Positions 1 to 10,500 of a DNA stretch of 63,103 bases are shown one piece after another. Below the pieces are notes generated by a model. That model was not told the origin of the DNA, did not search any database, and saw only the letters and a program-made list of their open reading frames with translations. The first letter of the stretch is position 1; the number at the start of each line of letters is the position of its first letter. This DNA comes from a virus (Duplodnaviria > Caudoviricetes). The stretch is taken from positions 1 to 63,103 of the IMG/VR virus record IMGVR_UViG_3300026097_000022; one strand, written 5' to 3'. The position numbers and the translations under genes are program-made.

Positions 1-5
1 GAGAG

Positions 6-269
6 ATGAAAGAGGAAGCATTAATATTAGTTGAAGAACTCAACGATAAGGCAATCACCGATTTAGAATACTATTGTCCATTTGAATTTAAATCACACGG
101 ATGGAATAATTCTGCTATATACTTTATGGGAATCATTTTATGGACAGATGAAAATGATGAGCGAGAATATATTGAGGATACAGATGAGCAAGAGCCATTA
201 AAAGATTATATTTTGAGAGAGTCTAAAGTGATACTAAAGGACTTAAACAAAAAGATGAATAACCTTTAA
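6..269 (+). CDS. hypothetical protein (small-ORF variable region)
   Basis: 87-aa ORF; preceded by GAGAG-ATG, as in the repeat at 262-285 and 62955-62978. Confidence 0.7.
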   Translation: MKEEALILVEELNDKAITDLEYYCPFEFKSHGWNNSAIYFMGIILWTDENDEREYIEDTDEQEPLKDYILRESKVILKDLNKKMNNL

Positions 270-281
270 CACCAACGAGAG

Positions 282-434
282 ATGAAAATAACAGTTGAAC
301 ATTATGATGAAAAGGTTTCTATTGAAACAAAAAACGAAGACATTGACTTTAGTGACTTTATGGAATTGGTAAGAAAGGTTGCTCGTGGTGTTGGTTATAC
401 TAATGAAACAATAAACAAATATTTTAATCAATAG
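282..434 (+). CDS. small hypothetical protein (50 aa)
   Basis: Read by hand (MKITVEHYDEKVSIETK...YFNQ); starts inside the CCTTTAACACCAACGAGAGATG repeat. Confidence 0.6.
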   Translation: MKITVEHYDEKVSIETKNEDIDFSDFMELVRKVARGVGYTNETINKYFNQ

Positions 435-436
435 AA

Positions 437-601
437 ATGAGAGAGATACTACTTGAAATGTATGAGCAGCTCTGGGAAGCTGACAAGGATAAGTTCACTT
501 GGAATGCTATCCTAAAGGACACGCTTGAGAAGATAGAGGTGATTCAGCAAGACCCTAACGAGGCTTTAATGAGAGCCGCAGAGAAGTATAAAGAGCAATG
601 A
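437..601 (+). CDS. small hypothetical protein, paralog of 62774-62899
   Basis: MREILLEMYEQLWEADKDKFTWNAILKDTLEKIE..., closely similar to the ORF at 62774. Confidence 0.65.
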   Translation: MREILLEMYEQLWEADKDKFTWNAILKDTLEKIEVIQQDPNEALMRAAEKYKEQ

Positions 602-726
602 AAGTAAAATTCACAAAACAAACCCAAGTTGGATTTCTTGTCTATTGGGGTTCTGGATGGATGAGAGACCAATACTTTGGTATTGACCTTCCATTCCTAA
701 GTATTCAATTTATCAATAGAAAGTAG
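598..726 (+). CDS. small hypothetical protein (42 aa)
   Basis: ATGA overlap with the previous stop; MKVKFTKQTQVGFLVYWGSGW... Confidence 0.5.
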   Translation: MKVKFTKQTQVGFLVYWGSGWMRDQYFGIDLPFLSIQFINRK

Positions 727-827
727 GTTACATAGTTCAACACACCAATGCATTGGTAAAAGTAAGAGGTTGTTAATGGGTTCGTAACCCAACGCCTACT
801 TTAACATAAACGACTAAACAACAAATT

Positions 828-1133
828 ATGCTATTTGAAGAACTACAATCAAACGTTGAAGACTGGGCAGATGCCAAAGGTCTACTCAAAAAAGAGAACG
901 CACCTAAGCAATTCCTTAAAGTGATTGAGGAAGTAGGTGAACTTGCAGCAGCAGTTGCGAGAGATGATAAAGAAGAAACCATTGATGCTATGGGTGACAC
1001 ATTCGTTACACTCATCATCCTATCAGCGCAGCTAGGGTATGACCCAGTAGCCTGTCTGAACGAGGCATACAATGTCATTGCTAAGCGTACCGGAAAGACT
1101 GTTAATGGAGTATTTATCAAGGACGATGAGTAA
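828..1133 (+). CDS. MazG-like nucleotide pyrophosphohydrolase
   Basis: QFLKVIEEVGELA...DAMGDTFVTL, the all-alpha NTP-PPase EExxE..DxxxD pattern. Confidence 0.85.
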   Translation: MLFEELQSNVEDWADAKGLLKKENAPKQFLKVIEEVGELAAAVARDDKEETIDAMGDTFVTLIILSAQLGYDPVACLNEAYNVIAKRTGKTVNGVFIKDDE

Positions 1134-1377
1134 GAAAGACAGAATCATAGAGCTGTACTCAGACACGGATGACATCCTGTTTGCTGACGGACTAGACGAG
1201 GCTATCATAGGCTTTGCTGAGAACGACTGGAGAGTAGTATACTCTAAAGACAAGTGCATTGAAATCCTTGCAGAGGATATGTCTGAAGAGGAAGCTGTAG
1301 AGTACTTGGAGTACAATACATTCAATGCCTACGTAGGAGAGAAAACACCTATATGGGTAGACACATTTAATTGGTAA
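1126..1377 (+). CDS. conserved phage hypothetical protein
   Basis: ADGLDEAIIG...VVYS...EEAVEYLEYN..NAYVGEKTP; start set at the ATG overlapping the mazG-like end. Confidence 0.7.
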   Translation: MSKKDRIIELYSDTDDILFADGLDEAIIGFAENDWRVVYSKDKCIEILAEDMSEEEAVEYLEYNTFNAYVGEKTPIWVDTFNW

Positions 1378-1382
1378 TAGAT

Positions 1383-1580
1383 ATGATCAGAAGATATTTA
1401 AGAAAGAAGAGACACATCCGGGAAACCCAAAAGTTTCTTGAGATGCTAGTGATTGATAACACTAACCTGTCAATACAGGCAAGTAGATTTGGTTGGACCA
1501 CAGAGATTCAAAACTCTATCACCAACAACGCACTGCTTATACGTAAGTATCAGCGCAGGTTACGGCTAATAATGATGTAA
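1383..1580 (+). CDS. hypothetical basic protein
   Basis: ORF in an operon-like run. Confidence 0.55.
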   Translation: MIRRYLRKKRHIRETQKFLEMLVIDNTNLSIQASRFGWTTEIQNSITNNALLIRKYQRRLRLIMM

Positions 1581-1590
1581 ATAAATAACA

Positions 1591-1797
1591 ATGGCATACA
1601 CAGACAACAAAGAACACAAGAAGATCATCGATTGCGTACTTCATCAGAATGTACAGCTATTTCAGAACTTAGGGGTAGACAGCTCTAGATCCGAGTACGA
1701 AAAGGCTAAGATTGCCGAGCGTCAAAAGCTACGCAGAATTAGAGACATTGATCCGGAAAAGATTGACAGACTCATTAAAGATTCCCTAGATGACTAA
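1591..1797 (+). CDS. hypothetical protein
   Basis: 68-aa ORF with A-rich leader. Confidence 0.65.
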   Translation: MAYTDNKEHKKIIDCVLHQNVQLFQNLGVDSSRSEYEKAKIAERQKLRRIRDIDPEKIDRLIKDSLDD

Positions 1798-2296
1798 GGA
1801 TGACATCGTAAGAATATGCGACAACACAAAGAATCTTCTGATAAAGAAGAACGAAGCATACGGAGACAGCGCACTCAACCCGCTAGGGGTATTTGGAAAT
1901 GGGGATGCTGTAACATCTTTAGGAGCTCGTATGGACGACAAACTTATGCGACTCAAAAGTCTTGGGATGGGCAAAGATTCCGTAGATACTTTATATGATT
2001 TGCACGGATACATTACTTTGCTTATCATTGCAATAGAGAGGAAGGAGAATATCAATAGTATGGACTCCATCTGCGATGATGACAGCAACACTAGTAATTT
2101 AATTAACGAGAGAGAGAATGCAAGAACAAGTAACCCTATTCAAAAACATAACGAGTACACAGGAGCCACATCACTCTACACTGAAAGTAGCACTGGAGCG
2201 TATCAAGACTGGCAGGAGCAGATCCTTGATCGAGAAGGTAAGAGGGGTGCATTCGGTGGACCAACACGGAAATCCAGTACCGGACAAGACAGCTAA
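1790..2296 (+). CDS. DUF1599 / nucleotide-modification-associated domain (Nmad1)-like protein
   Basis: KKNEAYGDS...RMDDKLMRL...DTLYDLHGY pattern; C-terminal tail overlaps the next gene. Confidence 0.7.
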   Translation: MTKDDIVRICDNTKNLLIKKNEAYGDSALNPLGVFGNGDAVTSLGARMDDKLMRLKSLGMGKDSVDTLYDLHGYITLLIIAIERKENINSMDSICDDDSNTSNLINERENARTSNPIQKHNEYTGATSLYTESSTGAYQDWQEQILDREGKRGAFGGPTRKSSTGQDS

Positions 2297-3947
2297 GAAA
2301 CAACTACCGGTAGTACTCTTCAGTGGTAGGTTTGACTATCGAGCTGATGAAGGTCTAGTAGACCACAACGGTCTAGTCATACTTGACTTTGACGACATTG
2401 ATGTTAACTCACTTAAAGCTCAGGTAGCTTGTGACAAGTACACCTACGCCTGTTGGATATCTCCATCAGGTAACGGTCTTAAAGTACTGGTTAAGATCAA
2501 GCACACTGACAGGCATAGAGACCACTACAGAGCTATTCTAGGGCACTTTGAGCGTGAGTATGATGTCGAGGTAGACTCCACGTCTATTAATGAATCTAGA
2601 GCCTGCTATGAGTCCTGGGATGAACACCTAGTATACAACGAAGGCGCTGAGGTATTCACCGGGATGGTATCCGTTCGTGAAGAGCGTGAGAAGTTAGCTG
2701 TAGTTGCACCAACAAAAGGTACTGACTACAACAAGGTAGCTATCATTGTATCGATGATACGTAGAGCACCTGAAGGAGCTAAGCACAAGGAGCTGGTTAA
2801 AGCAGCTTACCTAGCAGGTGGATACATAGCAGCAGGGCGTATTGATGAGCAGGAAATCTACGAGATTATGCTCAATGAGATTGAGAAGAAGAACCCTACA
2901 GATCTCAACCACGCAAAGAGTACCATCATAGATGGCATTGAGGCTGGTAAAAATATACCTCCGGCTGAAATGGTCAGCAAGGAGAATGAAGTACGCAGAG
3001 AGATGCTGGTCCTTGATAATGACTACAGCTTTTTATCTGACGATAAGGATGACTTCTCTTGGATTGACGCTTACGCTAGTGGTGATATCAAGCTAGGTCT
3101 AGACACCGGTGATGAAATCCTAGACAACTACTTCCGATACAAGCCTGAGTTCCTTATTATCAACGGACACTCCAACGTAGGTAAGACCACAATGGCACTC
3201 TATATGATCGTTAATTCAGCTGTAAGACACGACTGGAAATGGATCATCTACTCTTCAGAGAACCGTACAGCTAGTGTGAAGATGCGCCTTATGGAATTTA
3301 TCTCAGGAATAAAGATTCACGAGATGAGCCAGGAGGAACGTACAAACTCTTTTAAGTGGGTTACAAAGCACTTCGTTATCATCGGCAATGAAGATGTATA
3401 CAGCTACAGAGATCTCATCATATTCGCAGAGAAAATGATTCATATGAACGGCAAGTACCAGGGATTCTTTATTGATCCTTACAACAGCTTGAAGATTCAA
3501 ATGAGCCAAGGCAGTAGCATCTCTACACACGAGTACCACTACGAAGCAGCATCAGAGTTCCTGACCTTCGCTAAGCGTAACAATATGGCTGTATGGCTGA
3601 ACACTCACGCTGTAACAGAAGCACAGAGACGTAAAGGAGAAGATGGATTGCCAGTAGCTCCATACGCTGAGGATACTGAAGGCGGGGGTAAATTCGTGAA
3701 TAGAGCTGATGCGTTCATAACATTCCATAGAAAAATTCAGTCACCTGACACCAGAGTCAAGCGTAGTGTTGAGTTCCACGTACGTAAAGTTCGTGAGACA
3801 GAAACCGGAGGAGAGCCTACACCATTTGACAGACCTATATTCTTGTGTATGAATAATGAGAACACAGGGTTCTTATCTCATCAACGTGGACAGCTGTTAT
3901 TTAAGCCACTAGACTTTGAGGCTAGACAGTCAAATTTAACTTTGTAA
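2118..3947 (+). CDS. primase-helicase (VirE_N/BT4734-like N-terminus plus DnaB-like SF4 helicase)
   Basis: KKQLPVVLFSG..HNGLVILDFD..ISPSGNGLK in the N-half; Walker A GHSNVGKT and FFIDPYN in the C-half. Confidence 0.85.
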   Translation: MQEQVTLFKNITSTQEPHHSTLKVALERIKTGRSRSLIEKVRGVHSVDQHGNPVPDKTAKKQLPVVLFSGRFDYRADEGLVDHNGLVILDFDDIDVNSLKAQVACDKYTYACWISPSGNGLKVLVKIKHTDRHRDHYRAILGHFEREYDVEVDSTSINESRACYESWDEHLVYNEGAEVFTGMVSVREEREKLAVVAPTKGTDYNKVAIIVSMIRRAPEGAKHKELVKAAYLAGGYIAAGRIDEQEIYEIMLNEIEKKNPTDLNHAKSTIIDGIEAGKNIPPAEMVSKENEVRREMLVLDNDYSFLSDDKDDFSWIDAYASGDIKLGLDTGDEILDNYFRYKPEFLIINGHSNVGKTTMALYMIVNSAVRHDWKWIIYSSENRTASVKMRLMEFISGIKIHEMSQEERTNSFKWVTKHFVIIGNEDVYSYRDLIIFAEKMIHMNGKYQGFFIDPYNSLKIQMSQGSSISTHEYHYEAASEFLTFAKRNNMAVWLNTHAVTEAQRRKGEDGLPVAPYAEDTEGGGKFVNRADAFITFHRKIQSPDTRVKRSVEFHVRKVRETETGGEPTPFDRPIFLCMNNENTGFLSHQRGQLLFKPLDFEARQSNLTL

Positions 3948-3988
3948 AAAAACAATACAAAGTGTTAGGAATTTAACATTCAGTGTGT

Positions 3989-3996
3989 TAGCTTTG
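3989..3996 (+). promoter_or_regulatory. Bacteroidota -7 promoter box TAGCTTTG
   Basis: Matches TAnnTTTG; 5 nt before ATG 4002. Confidence 0.55.
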
Positions 3997-4001
3997 GTAA
4001 A

Positions 4002-4379
4002 ATGAAATTAGAATACAATGAAGTTACTATCTTTCTTCCCAAACCTCCGAGCCTTAACAAATGGTATTCGGGAAAGCATTGGTCGATTAGAAAAAAGCAA
4101 AAAGAATCCTACAGCAAAAGCATCGGGGATGAGCTTGAAAAGATCGATCAGTTTACTATGGATAGATTTGCGCTTGATGTTCAGTATAATTGTCGCTATG
4201 ACGTTGACAATGCTATTACTTGTATCAAGTTTCTTGCAGACTATCTACGTGGCGATGGTTACGTTGAAGATGACACTCCGAAGTATTTTTTCTCGCAGTC
4301 AACAACCTTTAACAAAGAACTAAATAAAGATGAGTTCAAAGCTACCATTCGGTGTTATGGATACCAAGTCCGTGAGTAA
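4002..4379 (+). CDS. RusA-like Holliday junction resolvase
   Basis: PKPPSLN..Y; DVDN..K...D.L..G...DD pattern. Confidence 0.75.
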   Translation: MKLEYNEVTIFLPKPPSLNKWYSGKHWSIRKKQKESYSKSIGDELEKIDQFTMDRFALDVQYNCRYDVDNAITCIKFLADYLRGDGYVEDDTPKYFFSQSTTFNKELNKDEFKATIRCYGYQVRE

Positions 4380-4578
4380 ATCCTACTTTACAGCTACGTC
4401 CAGGGTATGTGCCTTAATGACAGAGCTGTATGAAGATCTTCACAACAAGAAGGGTGAACCCCTAACTGATATTGAAGATATCACACACAAGATCAACGCA
4501 TACAAGAGAGTCGTCAGGACTGAGCTTGAGCTTATTAAGTCAGCTGTAGAGCAGTATGTCGAAGATAAGGATAGTTAA
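4357..4578 (+). CDS. hypothetical protein
   Basis: ORF between the resolvase and nuclease genes; start uncertain (4330 or 4357). Confidence 0.55.
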   Translation: MDTKSVSKSYFTATSRVCALMTELYEDLHNKKGEPLTDIEDITHKINAYKRVVRTELELIKSAVEQYVEDKDS

Positions 4579-4975
4579 CGAGGAACACCTCTTTGAGTTA
4601 CTTAAAGAGAAGATCATATCAGACTTGACTATGTCCGGGGAACAGATGTCTCGATACGACTGCTACTCTCTAGATCACAACGTAGATGTAGAGTTGAAGT
4701 GTCGCAAGAAACATTACGATGACCTGCTCATAGAAAAGAAAAAGTATGATGCGTTAGTACTCAGGGCTACTAATCACGGAACAAACCCGGTGTACATCAA
4801 CTCAACACCATCAGGTGTATGGGCTTTTAGATTGCTGGATATAGACCAGCCCACCTGGGAAGAGCGTGGTATGCCAAAGACCTCAGAGTTTAGGCAGCGC
4901 CAGTTCATCACAAAGGTTGTAGGCTACTACAACATTATGCAGGGCAAAGACATTACGGACCTACTATTTTCGTAA
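4556..4975 (+). CDS. PD-(D/E)XK-like nuclease-family protein
   Basis: YD...VELKCR motif. Confidence 0.55.
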   Translation: MSKIRIVNEEHLFELLKEKIISDLTMSGEQMSRYDCYSLDHNVDVELKCRKKHYDDLLIEKKKYDALVLRATNHGTNPVYINSTPSGVWAFRLLDIDQPTWEERGMPKTSEFRQRQFITKVVGYYNIMQGKDITDLLFS

Positions 4976-5013
4976 CTTGCGCCCCCATTGTTTAATCACT
5001 AAAGAAAAGAAAA

Positions 5014-5139
5014 ATGACAGAAGATTTTGAAATGAACGGAGACTTTGATAGTTTTGTTAATGAGTTAGAGAGCTCAGAGAAAAACGCAAATGCAGTCTGC
5101 GGATTAGACAGTAGTGAGTGTGACAGCTGTGGAAGCTAA
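5014..5139 (+). CDS. 41-aa acidic peptide ending C-x6-CxxC-GS (resembles the RNR alpha C-terminal tail)
   Basis: Read by hand: MTEDFEMNGDFDSFVNELESSEKNANAVCGLDSSECDSCGS; A-rich leader; terminator follows. Confidence 0.65.
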   Translation: MTEDFEMNGDFDSFVNELESSEKNANAVCGLDSSECDSCGS

Positions 5140-5167
5140 CACAACACTGAAATATAATTGATTGCAG

Positions 5168-5193
5168 GAGGGACTTAGGTCCCTCTTATTTTT
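5168..5193 (+). terminator. intrinsic terminator
   Basis: GAGGGAC-TTAG-GTCCCTC followed by TTATTTTT. Confidence 0.7.
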
Positions 5194-5209
5194 CACCATA
5201 AGAAAAGAG

Positions 5210-5947
5210 ATGAAGATAACAGAAGAGAAATTAATTGAATTCTTCCCTAGAGATATGAGGTTTGCCTACTTCGTGGCGAACAAATACAATTACAAGTTCA
5301 AGAACGGTTTCGTTATGGAGCAAGCTAATCACTTAGCTATGGAAGCTGTAATGAAGATGTACCGAGAAGGAAAAGAATTTGAGAACGAAGCACAGATGGT
5401 TGGCTATGTTATGAACTCGTTTCGTTTTGCAATGCTTCGTATGTTCAGTGACACAAACCCACAAAACAGATTAAAGCTGTACCTAGAGTCAGATGTTACC
5501 TATGGTGATGACGGAGATGAGTACAGTGTATTTCAAAACACCGCTTTTGTAGAACCAGAAGAGATCGATGACAATGCTTCATTGAAGGTACAGCTACTTA
5601 AAGATTCACTTACCGACAGAGAGCTTGAGATATTTGAGCTACGCTACGAAAAAGGTATGAAGTACGTGGATATAAAAGAGCAAATAGGAATTGCAAATGG
5701 ATCCCTAGAATGGGTGAAGAGTAAGATCAAACGTAAGTATAAATTAATTGACAAAAAAGTAGAAGAAAATGGGAGCGAAGAAGCCAATGCAGCAAAGGAA
5801 AATGCAAGAAAAGAATCTATCGAAAGAGCTAATAGACAAGCTTATCTTGAGCTACGAAGAAAAACACAACGTGAACGTATTGAGGAAGAGAAGAGACAGA
5901 AACACCGTCGTTCCGAGGCATTGTCTTGGCTTGATCTTGACGCATAA
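5210..5947 (+). CDS. sigma-70/ECF-like RNA polymerase sigma factor or region-4 HTH regulator
   Basis: LTDRELEIFELRYEKGMKYVDIKEQIGI resembles a region-4 HTH; N-half resembles region 2. Confidence 0.6.
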   Translation: MKITEEKLIEFFPRDMRFAYFVANKYNYKFKNGFVMEQANHLAMEAVMKMYREGKEFENEAQMVGYVMNSFRFAMLRMFSDTNPQNRLKLYLESDVTYGDDGDEYSVFQNTAFVEPEEIDDNASLKVQLLKDSLTDRELEIFELRYEKGMKYVDIKEQIGIANGSLEWVKSKIKRKYKLIDKKVEENGSEEANAAKENARKESIERANRQAYLELRRKTQRERIEEEKRQKHRRSEALSWLDLDA

Positions 5948-6284
5948 ATATAAGATGACTCTGATGGCTGTAGGATACCTACTCGGAAAGGATCACGCCA
6001 CAATACTACACGGAAACAAAGTAGGAAAGAACTTTTTATCTCAAGGAGATACGCAATACACGGATGCAATGGTTAACTGGCGCATCATATTTGATGAGCA
6101 CGAACTAGATATCACTGAAGAGACTCACGCTATAGCTAGAGTCAAGAAAAGAATACAGTCACTTATTGAGGACTCAATGAGCTACTCCGGAATCAGTAAA
6201 GAAGACACAGCTAAAATGTTAATAGAGCTGTTGAAAGAGAACGAAGTGGGTGCTGAGTATTTGATGAATAGAGATATATATTAG
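5769..6284 (+). CDS. DnaA C-terminal-domain-like HTH protein
   Basis: R.R..VVPRH...YKMTLMAVGYLLGKDHATILHG resembles the DnaA domain IV 'GGRDHTTVLH' motif; start uncertain. Confidence 0.65.
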   Translation: MGAKKPMQQRKMQEKNLSKELIDKLILSYEEKHNVNVLRKRRDRNTVVPRHCLGLILTHKYKMTLMAVGYLLGKDHATILHGNKVGKNFLSQGDTQYTDAMVNWRIIFDEHELDITEETHAIARVKKRIQSLIEDSMSYSGISKEDTAKMLIELLKENEVGAEYLMNRDIY

Positions 6285-6324
6285 GATATCTCTTTCAGAT
6301 TAATGTTTTCATTTCTCTCTCAAT

Positions 6325-6349
6325 GAAGAAGCCCCTAACGGGGCTTTTT
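6325..6349. terminator. terminator between the converging replication and late blocks
   Basis: AAGCCCC-TAAC-GGGGCTT-TTT. Confidence 0.65.
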
Positions 6350-6449
6350 CTGTTTTGGGATATTACTGCAACAGGTCTTGCCGCATTCTACCGGTGCAAC
6401 CTGGCACCATTTACTTTCTGTATTTTCTGTAGTGTTTCGTTTGTTTCGT

Positions 6450-6866
6450 TTACCCACGTATCCATCTTATCGTTAAACCAAATGCGATCAGTCCTCCAAG
6501 GACAGCTAACCCAAAGGTAAATAGCTTGTCTTTGAAGCTTTCTTTCTCTACGTAAACAATCTTCTCGTAGGGAACTTCGATCACACTAATAATCGTATCC
6601 GAGTCGCAGATGGCGTCGATAGTAATCGTGTCGTTCACCTTTACTAGCTGTACCCTCAGACGATCCTTCACTAGTGTTATAGTGTCGTGTTGCTTCAAAG
6701 TCACAGTATCCGTGATAACCACAGGTGGGCTGACAACCGTGTTGGTCACAACCATCGTGTCTTTTTCCAGAACCAACGGGTCTTTCTGAACCGCTTTCTT
6801 TAAGTGCCATTGAGCGCTGCAACTCATTAAGGACAGCAATAGAATTGACTTTACCACCCATTTCAT
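6450..6866 (-). CDS. putative spanin-like lipoprotein
   Basis: Lipobox LLLSLMSC, C-terminal TM segment, directly after the endolysin. Confidence 0.6.
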   Translation of the reverse strand: MKWVVKSILLLSLMSCSAQWHLKKAVQKDPLVLEKDTMVVTNTVVSPPVVITDTVTLKQHDTITLVKDRLRVQLVKVNDTITIDAICDSDTIISVIEVPYEKIVYVEKESFKDKLFTFGLAVLGGLIAFGLTIRWIRG

Positions 6867-7321
6867 ATAACTCTATATTGATTCATACCATCGACACGAT
6901 CTACTCTGAGCATCTCGCCTCTATTTTTCCCTTTCTTGTAAGATACGTGAACCCAATCCGGTTCATCGTCTGTACCAAACTCCCAGATCATCTGATCAAA
7001 CACAAGGTTATCCTTGATGTACTCAAACAATTCCTTGTTGGTGAATCCACCATACACCTGTGCATCCAGGTCCAAAGCTTCACCCTTACAGTGTTGACTA
7101 CGGCTACTCCCTTTTATAGCCTTGTTAAGAGCCTCGCTTCTATAACCTGAGCTCACATATAGAGGCTTACCGAAGTGCTCTCTAATCGGCTGAAACACGT
7201 GTTCAGCAACAAGCAATAAGTTCGCTAGGTGTTCTGGTGTAGGCTTGTTGTCGATGCCTAATCGTTTAGCTGTGCCTGACTTGATGACCTCAGCTAGAGA
7301 TAAGTTTTCTGTCAATTTCAT
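6863..7321 (-). CDS. endolysin, peptidase M15 family
   Basis: SSGYRS...SQHCKGEALD...WVHVS zinc-peptidase motifs. Confidence 0.88.
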   Translation of the reverse strand: MKLTENLSLAEVIKSGTAKRLGIDNKPTPEHLANLLLVAEHVFQPIREHFGKPLYVSSGYRSEALNKAIKGSSRSQHCKGEALDLDAQVYGGFTNKELFEYIKDNLVFDQMIWEFGTDDEPDWVHVSYKKGKNRGEMLRVDRVDGMNQYRVI

Positions 7322-7539
7322 TTCTTTGCAAATTTTTCTAGCCCTGCGATTCCAAAGCTCCCCAAAGTTACGAAAACAAAACTGTTATAAGTGAACTCAT
7401 TGATAGGTAAGTGTGCACCAAATGCACCAGTGATTACATCAGCAAGCATCACCAATACCATTACAGCGAAGGAGAGAAAACCAATAATGGTCTTCTCGTT
7501 CCAGCTGTTGTCGTCTTTAAAAATCTCTAAAAATTTCAT
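7318..7539 (-). CDS. putative holin
   Basis: 73 aa, two TM helices, basic C-terminus, next to the endolysin. Confidence 0.65.
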   Translation of the reverse strand: MKFLEIFKDDNSWNEKTIIGFLSFAVMVLVMLADVITGAFGAHLPINEFTYNSFVFVTLGSFGIAGLEKFAKK

Positions 7540-7542
7540 AGT

Positions 7543-10500
7543 CTATTCGTAAAAAAAGTAATCTTGATCTGCCTCCATTAAGTGTGTCTTGATGTATTTC
7601 TCGGCGTTATCTACCATCTCGTTATTACCTTTCGCGTTACCAATCTTCACTACAGCTAACCACTTCTCACGAATGTCATCTAGCTGTGCTTTTCTCTTAG
7701 CTGGATTGTCGTAGTCTTCGTAGCTCTTTCTAGTCTCTGAGATCTTTCTTAGGTCTTGTAATAGTGAGTTTACAATGTTGTACTTGTAGTCACGTATTAA
7801 CGATCGCTCAGCAACCATAGACGCTAGGTTGACAACCTTGTCTTTCTTTGGTAGATCAGATCTTAAGTAAGCATCTCTAAATGAAGAAGAGATTGTTGGT
7901 GGTACCACGATCTGCTTACCTACATATCCAGAAACCTTTATGATATTGTTGATCTTAGAATCAGAGTAGTCTGCAATCTTTCTACCGTAGATGTCCTCTC
8001 CTTTAATCAAGTTGAACAGAAGGTCTGCTGCAATGTTAGGACGGATAAAGTCCTTCACCATAGCTGACCAAGACTCTGGTCCACCAAAGATATCCGATAC
8101 ATCTCCATAAGGATCTTCAGAAGAGTAGTTGTAAACTCTTACATTACCATCCTTGTCAATCGATCTAGGAATAATAGTCTGACCACTCATCCATTCCGGA
8201 CGTAATAACTTCGCTGCATCTTCGAGTTCTTCGTCATCATCTCCTAAGAAGTAATTCGAAAGCACAGTAACAATAGCTGTCTTCAATGCAAATACAGCTG
8301 CCGATCCAGCAACACGTCTAAGACCAGCTTGTAAGTACGCTTTCTTCTGTACATCTGTTAAGCCTTTTTCTTGAGACTTAGCAATATCCGAAGCACCATT
8401 CCAAACGTTCTGTCCGTAACTACGTAAAGACTCTAGTCTAAACGAAACGAAGTCACCCACTACAGGTATTACAGCCACCTTGTCGAACCACTTAGGTAAT
8501 CTAGAGAATGTAGGAGTACTCTCCTTTACACGCTCTGCTGCTTCCTTGTGTACTCTGTTTTTCTGTGTTCCAGTTAAGCTGTCGTATTCTTTCCCGTACA
8601 GCTTTTTAGCATACGTCTGGATCTCACTTCTGAATATGATAAGCTTAGTGTAGTCATCGACCGCACCATACTTCTCCTGCAACCATTTGTCTTTGTTCTT
8701 GATGTTGCCCCATATACGTTTCGCTCTTTCGTTGTAAGCATTCTCATCACCGTCCATACCATACTGCATAGCAGCTTGAGACATACCGATAAGGTTAGCA
8801 TCAATACTCTTACCAATAAGACCGTACTCAGCCATAAGGTCTAGTAATGATTCGGTCTCAGCATCTGGTGCCCAAGTCTCACCGGTCTTCTTAAACATCA
8901 GCTTAGTACGCTGACTAAAGTCTTTAGCAAACTTAGGGTTAGCAACCCCGTTAGCCATAATGAAATACCAACCACCGGTTAAGTTCTTTCTCCAAGTGGT
9001 GATGTTCCAAATAACCTTAGACTTTCTCGCAAGCTTTAGCACATTGAAGTATCCGTTTGCCCAAGCTTTGTCAGAAGAGTATAAAGGCTTCTGCTCTAGT
9101 GCATCAGTAATTTCATTGTGTACCCACTTGCCGTTTAACTTAGAGTACGGATCGTTAATCTTAGTGTAGTGTTTTTTCTTCGGACTTCCTGGGTCTTCAT
9201 CTAGGATGTAGTCTGAATTCGGACCTACAATATCTAAGATACCTTCTACCATACGACCCTTGTACAATACATTAGCTAACGCTTGTGATGTCTGTGCAAA
9301 CCTATTGATAGGATTCTTCTCTTTACCTAACAGCTGTTCTATGTACGCAGGTAATTCTTGCTTTCTTTTGAATGGAGCATTCGGTAACTTGATACCGGCA
9401 CCACCTTTACTAGGCTGGTACTTCACATCCTCAAGGTCTGAAATGTACCCATCAATCATCTGTACAGCTTCGTCTCTGATCTCATCTCTACGCTCATTCA
9501 CAATGCGCTGGATGTCCAAAGGACTTAAACCTTGAGCATTAAGCAAAGCAATCTCACTAATCATAAGCTCTTTAAACTGAGCCTGGATAGCTGGGTCTCT
9601 ACGCTTATTGATATCAAAGTTCTTATCCGTAAAGAATCTGTATTGAGTTCTCAGGTAAGTAGTAAGGTTCTGCTGGATAGCCATCACCAAGTCATCACTA
9701 AGACCTTCAAATGCAGGGTCGTTAATCAAGCTTTCAGAGATGCCATCAATAAATGCACGAGCCTCACGCAAAGAGCTTAACAGCTTTTCACCTCTAGGTA
9801 GTGCAAGGATTTTCTCCTTAGCTTCTTTCTTGTTGTCAGCTGTCAAGTATTCATTGGCTAATGCTAGAGCTTCCTTAGTCTTAGCATACTTCTTGATCTT
9901 GTTAGAGATGACCCTAGACTTCTCCTCGGTTCTTGATATCAAGCCTTCTTTAGATTCTTGGAGCTTGAGAATCTCTGTCTCTAGCTGTGTTCTAAACATT
10001 GTGTGCCAAGCTCTCATATACCAAGCCTTCTTGTGTGTAGGCTTTGGAATTTCTCCCTTTTCTAGCTCTGTTAATTGCTTCTCTTCAACTTTGCTTACAG
10101 GATCGTTATCGATCTGGAACTTAACTGGCTGACCGTCAGCATCTTTATATCCGTTAACAGTAAACTGGTCATCAGACCAATCAGCATACTCTACATCTTT
10201 AGCATATACCAAACCACCAATCTGTACCACCTCAGCAGCAGAAACAATTGGCTTTCCATTTCTTCTATCGTAGAAGAAGCTGTGACGGAATGGGTTCATA
10301 CCTACCTGTCTCCAAGGAGAGCCTTTACGACCTGCACCCGGAAAGCTGTTCTCAATCTTTACGATTTCCTCAACCTTCTTTACAGCTGATGCATCTCTCT
10401 CTTCTTTAGTCTTACCCTCAAAGTTCTTCCACTTACCAAGCATACGTGCGATGGTAGTCTTGTCTTGCTTTTTGAGGGTATCCATATTCTTACCAGCTGC

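Noticed and set aside
6586-6861. Nested o-spanin (Rz1-like) inside 6450-6866
   Set aside because: No signal peptide or lipobox; the enclosing ORF has both a lipobox and a C-terminal TM segment.
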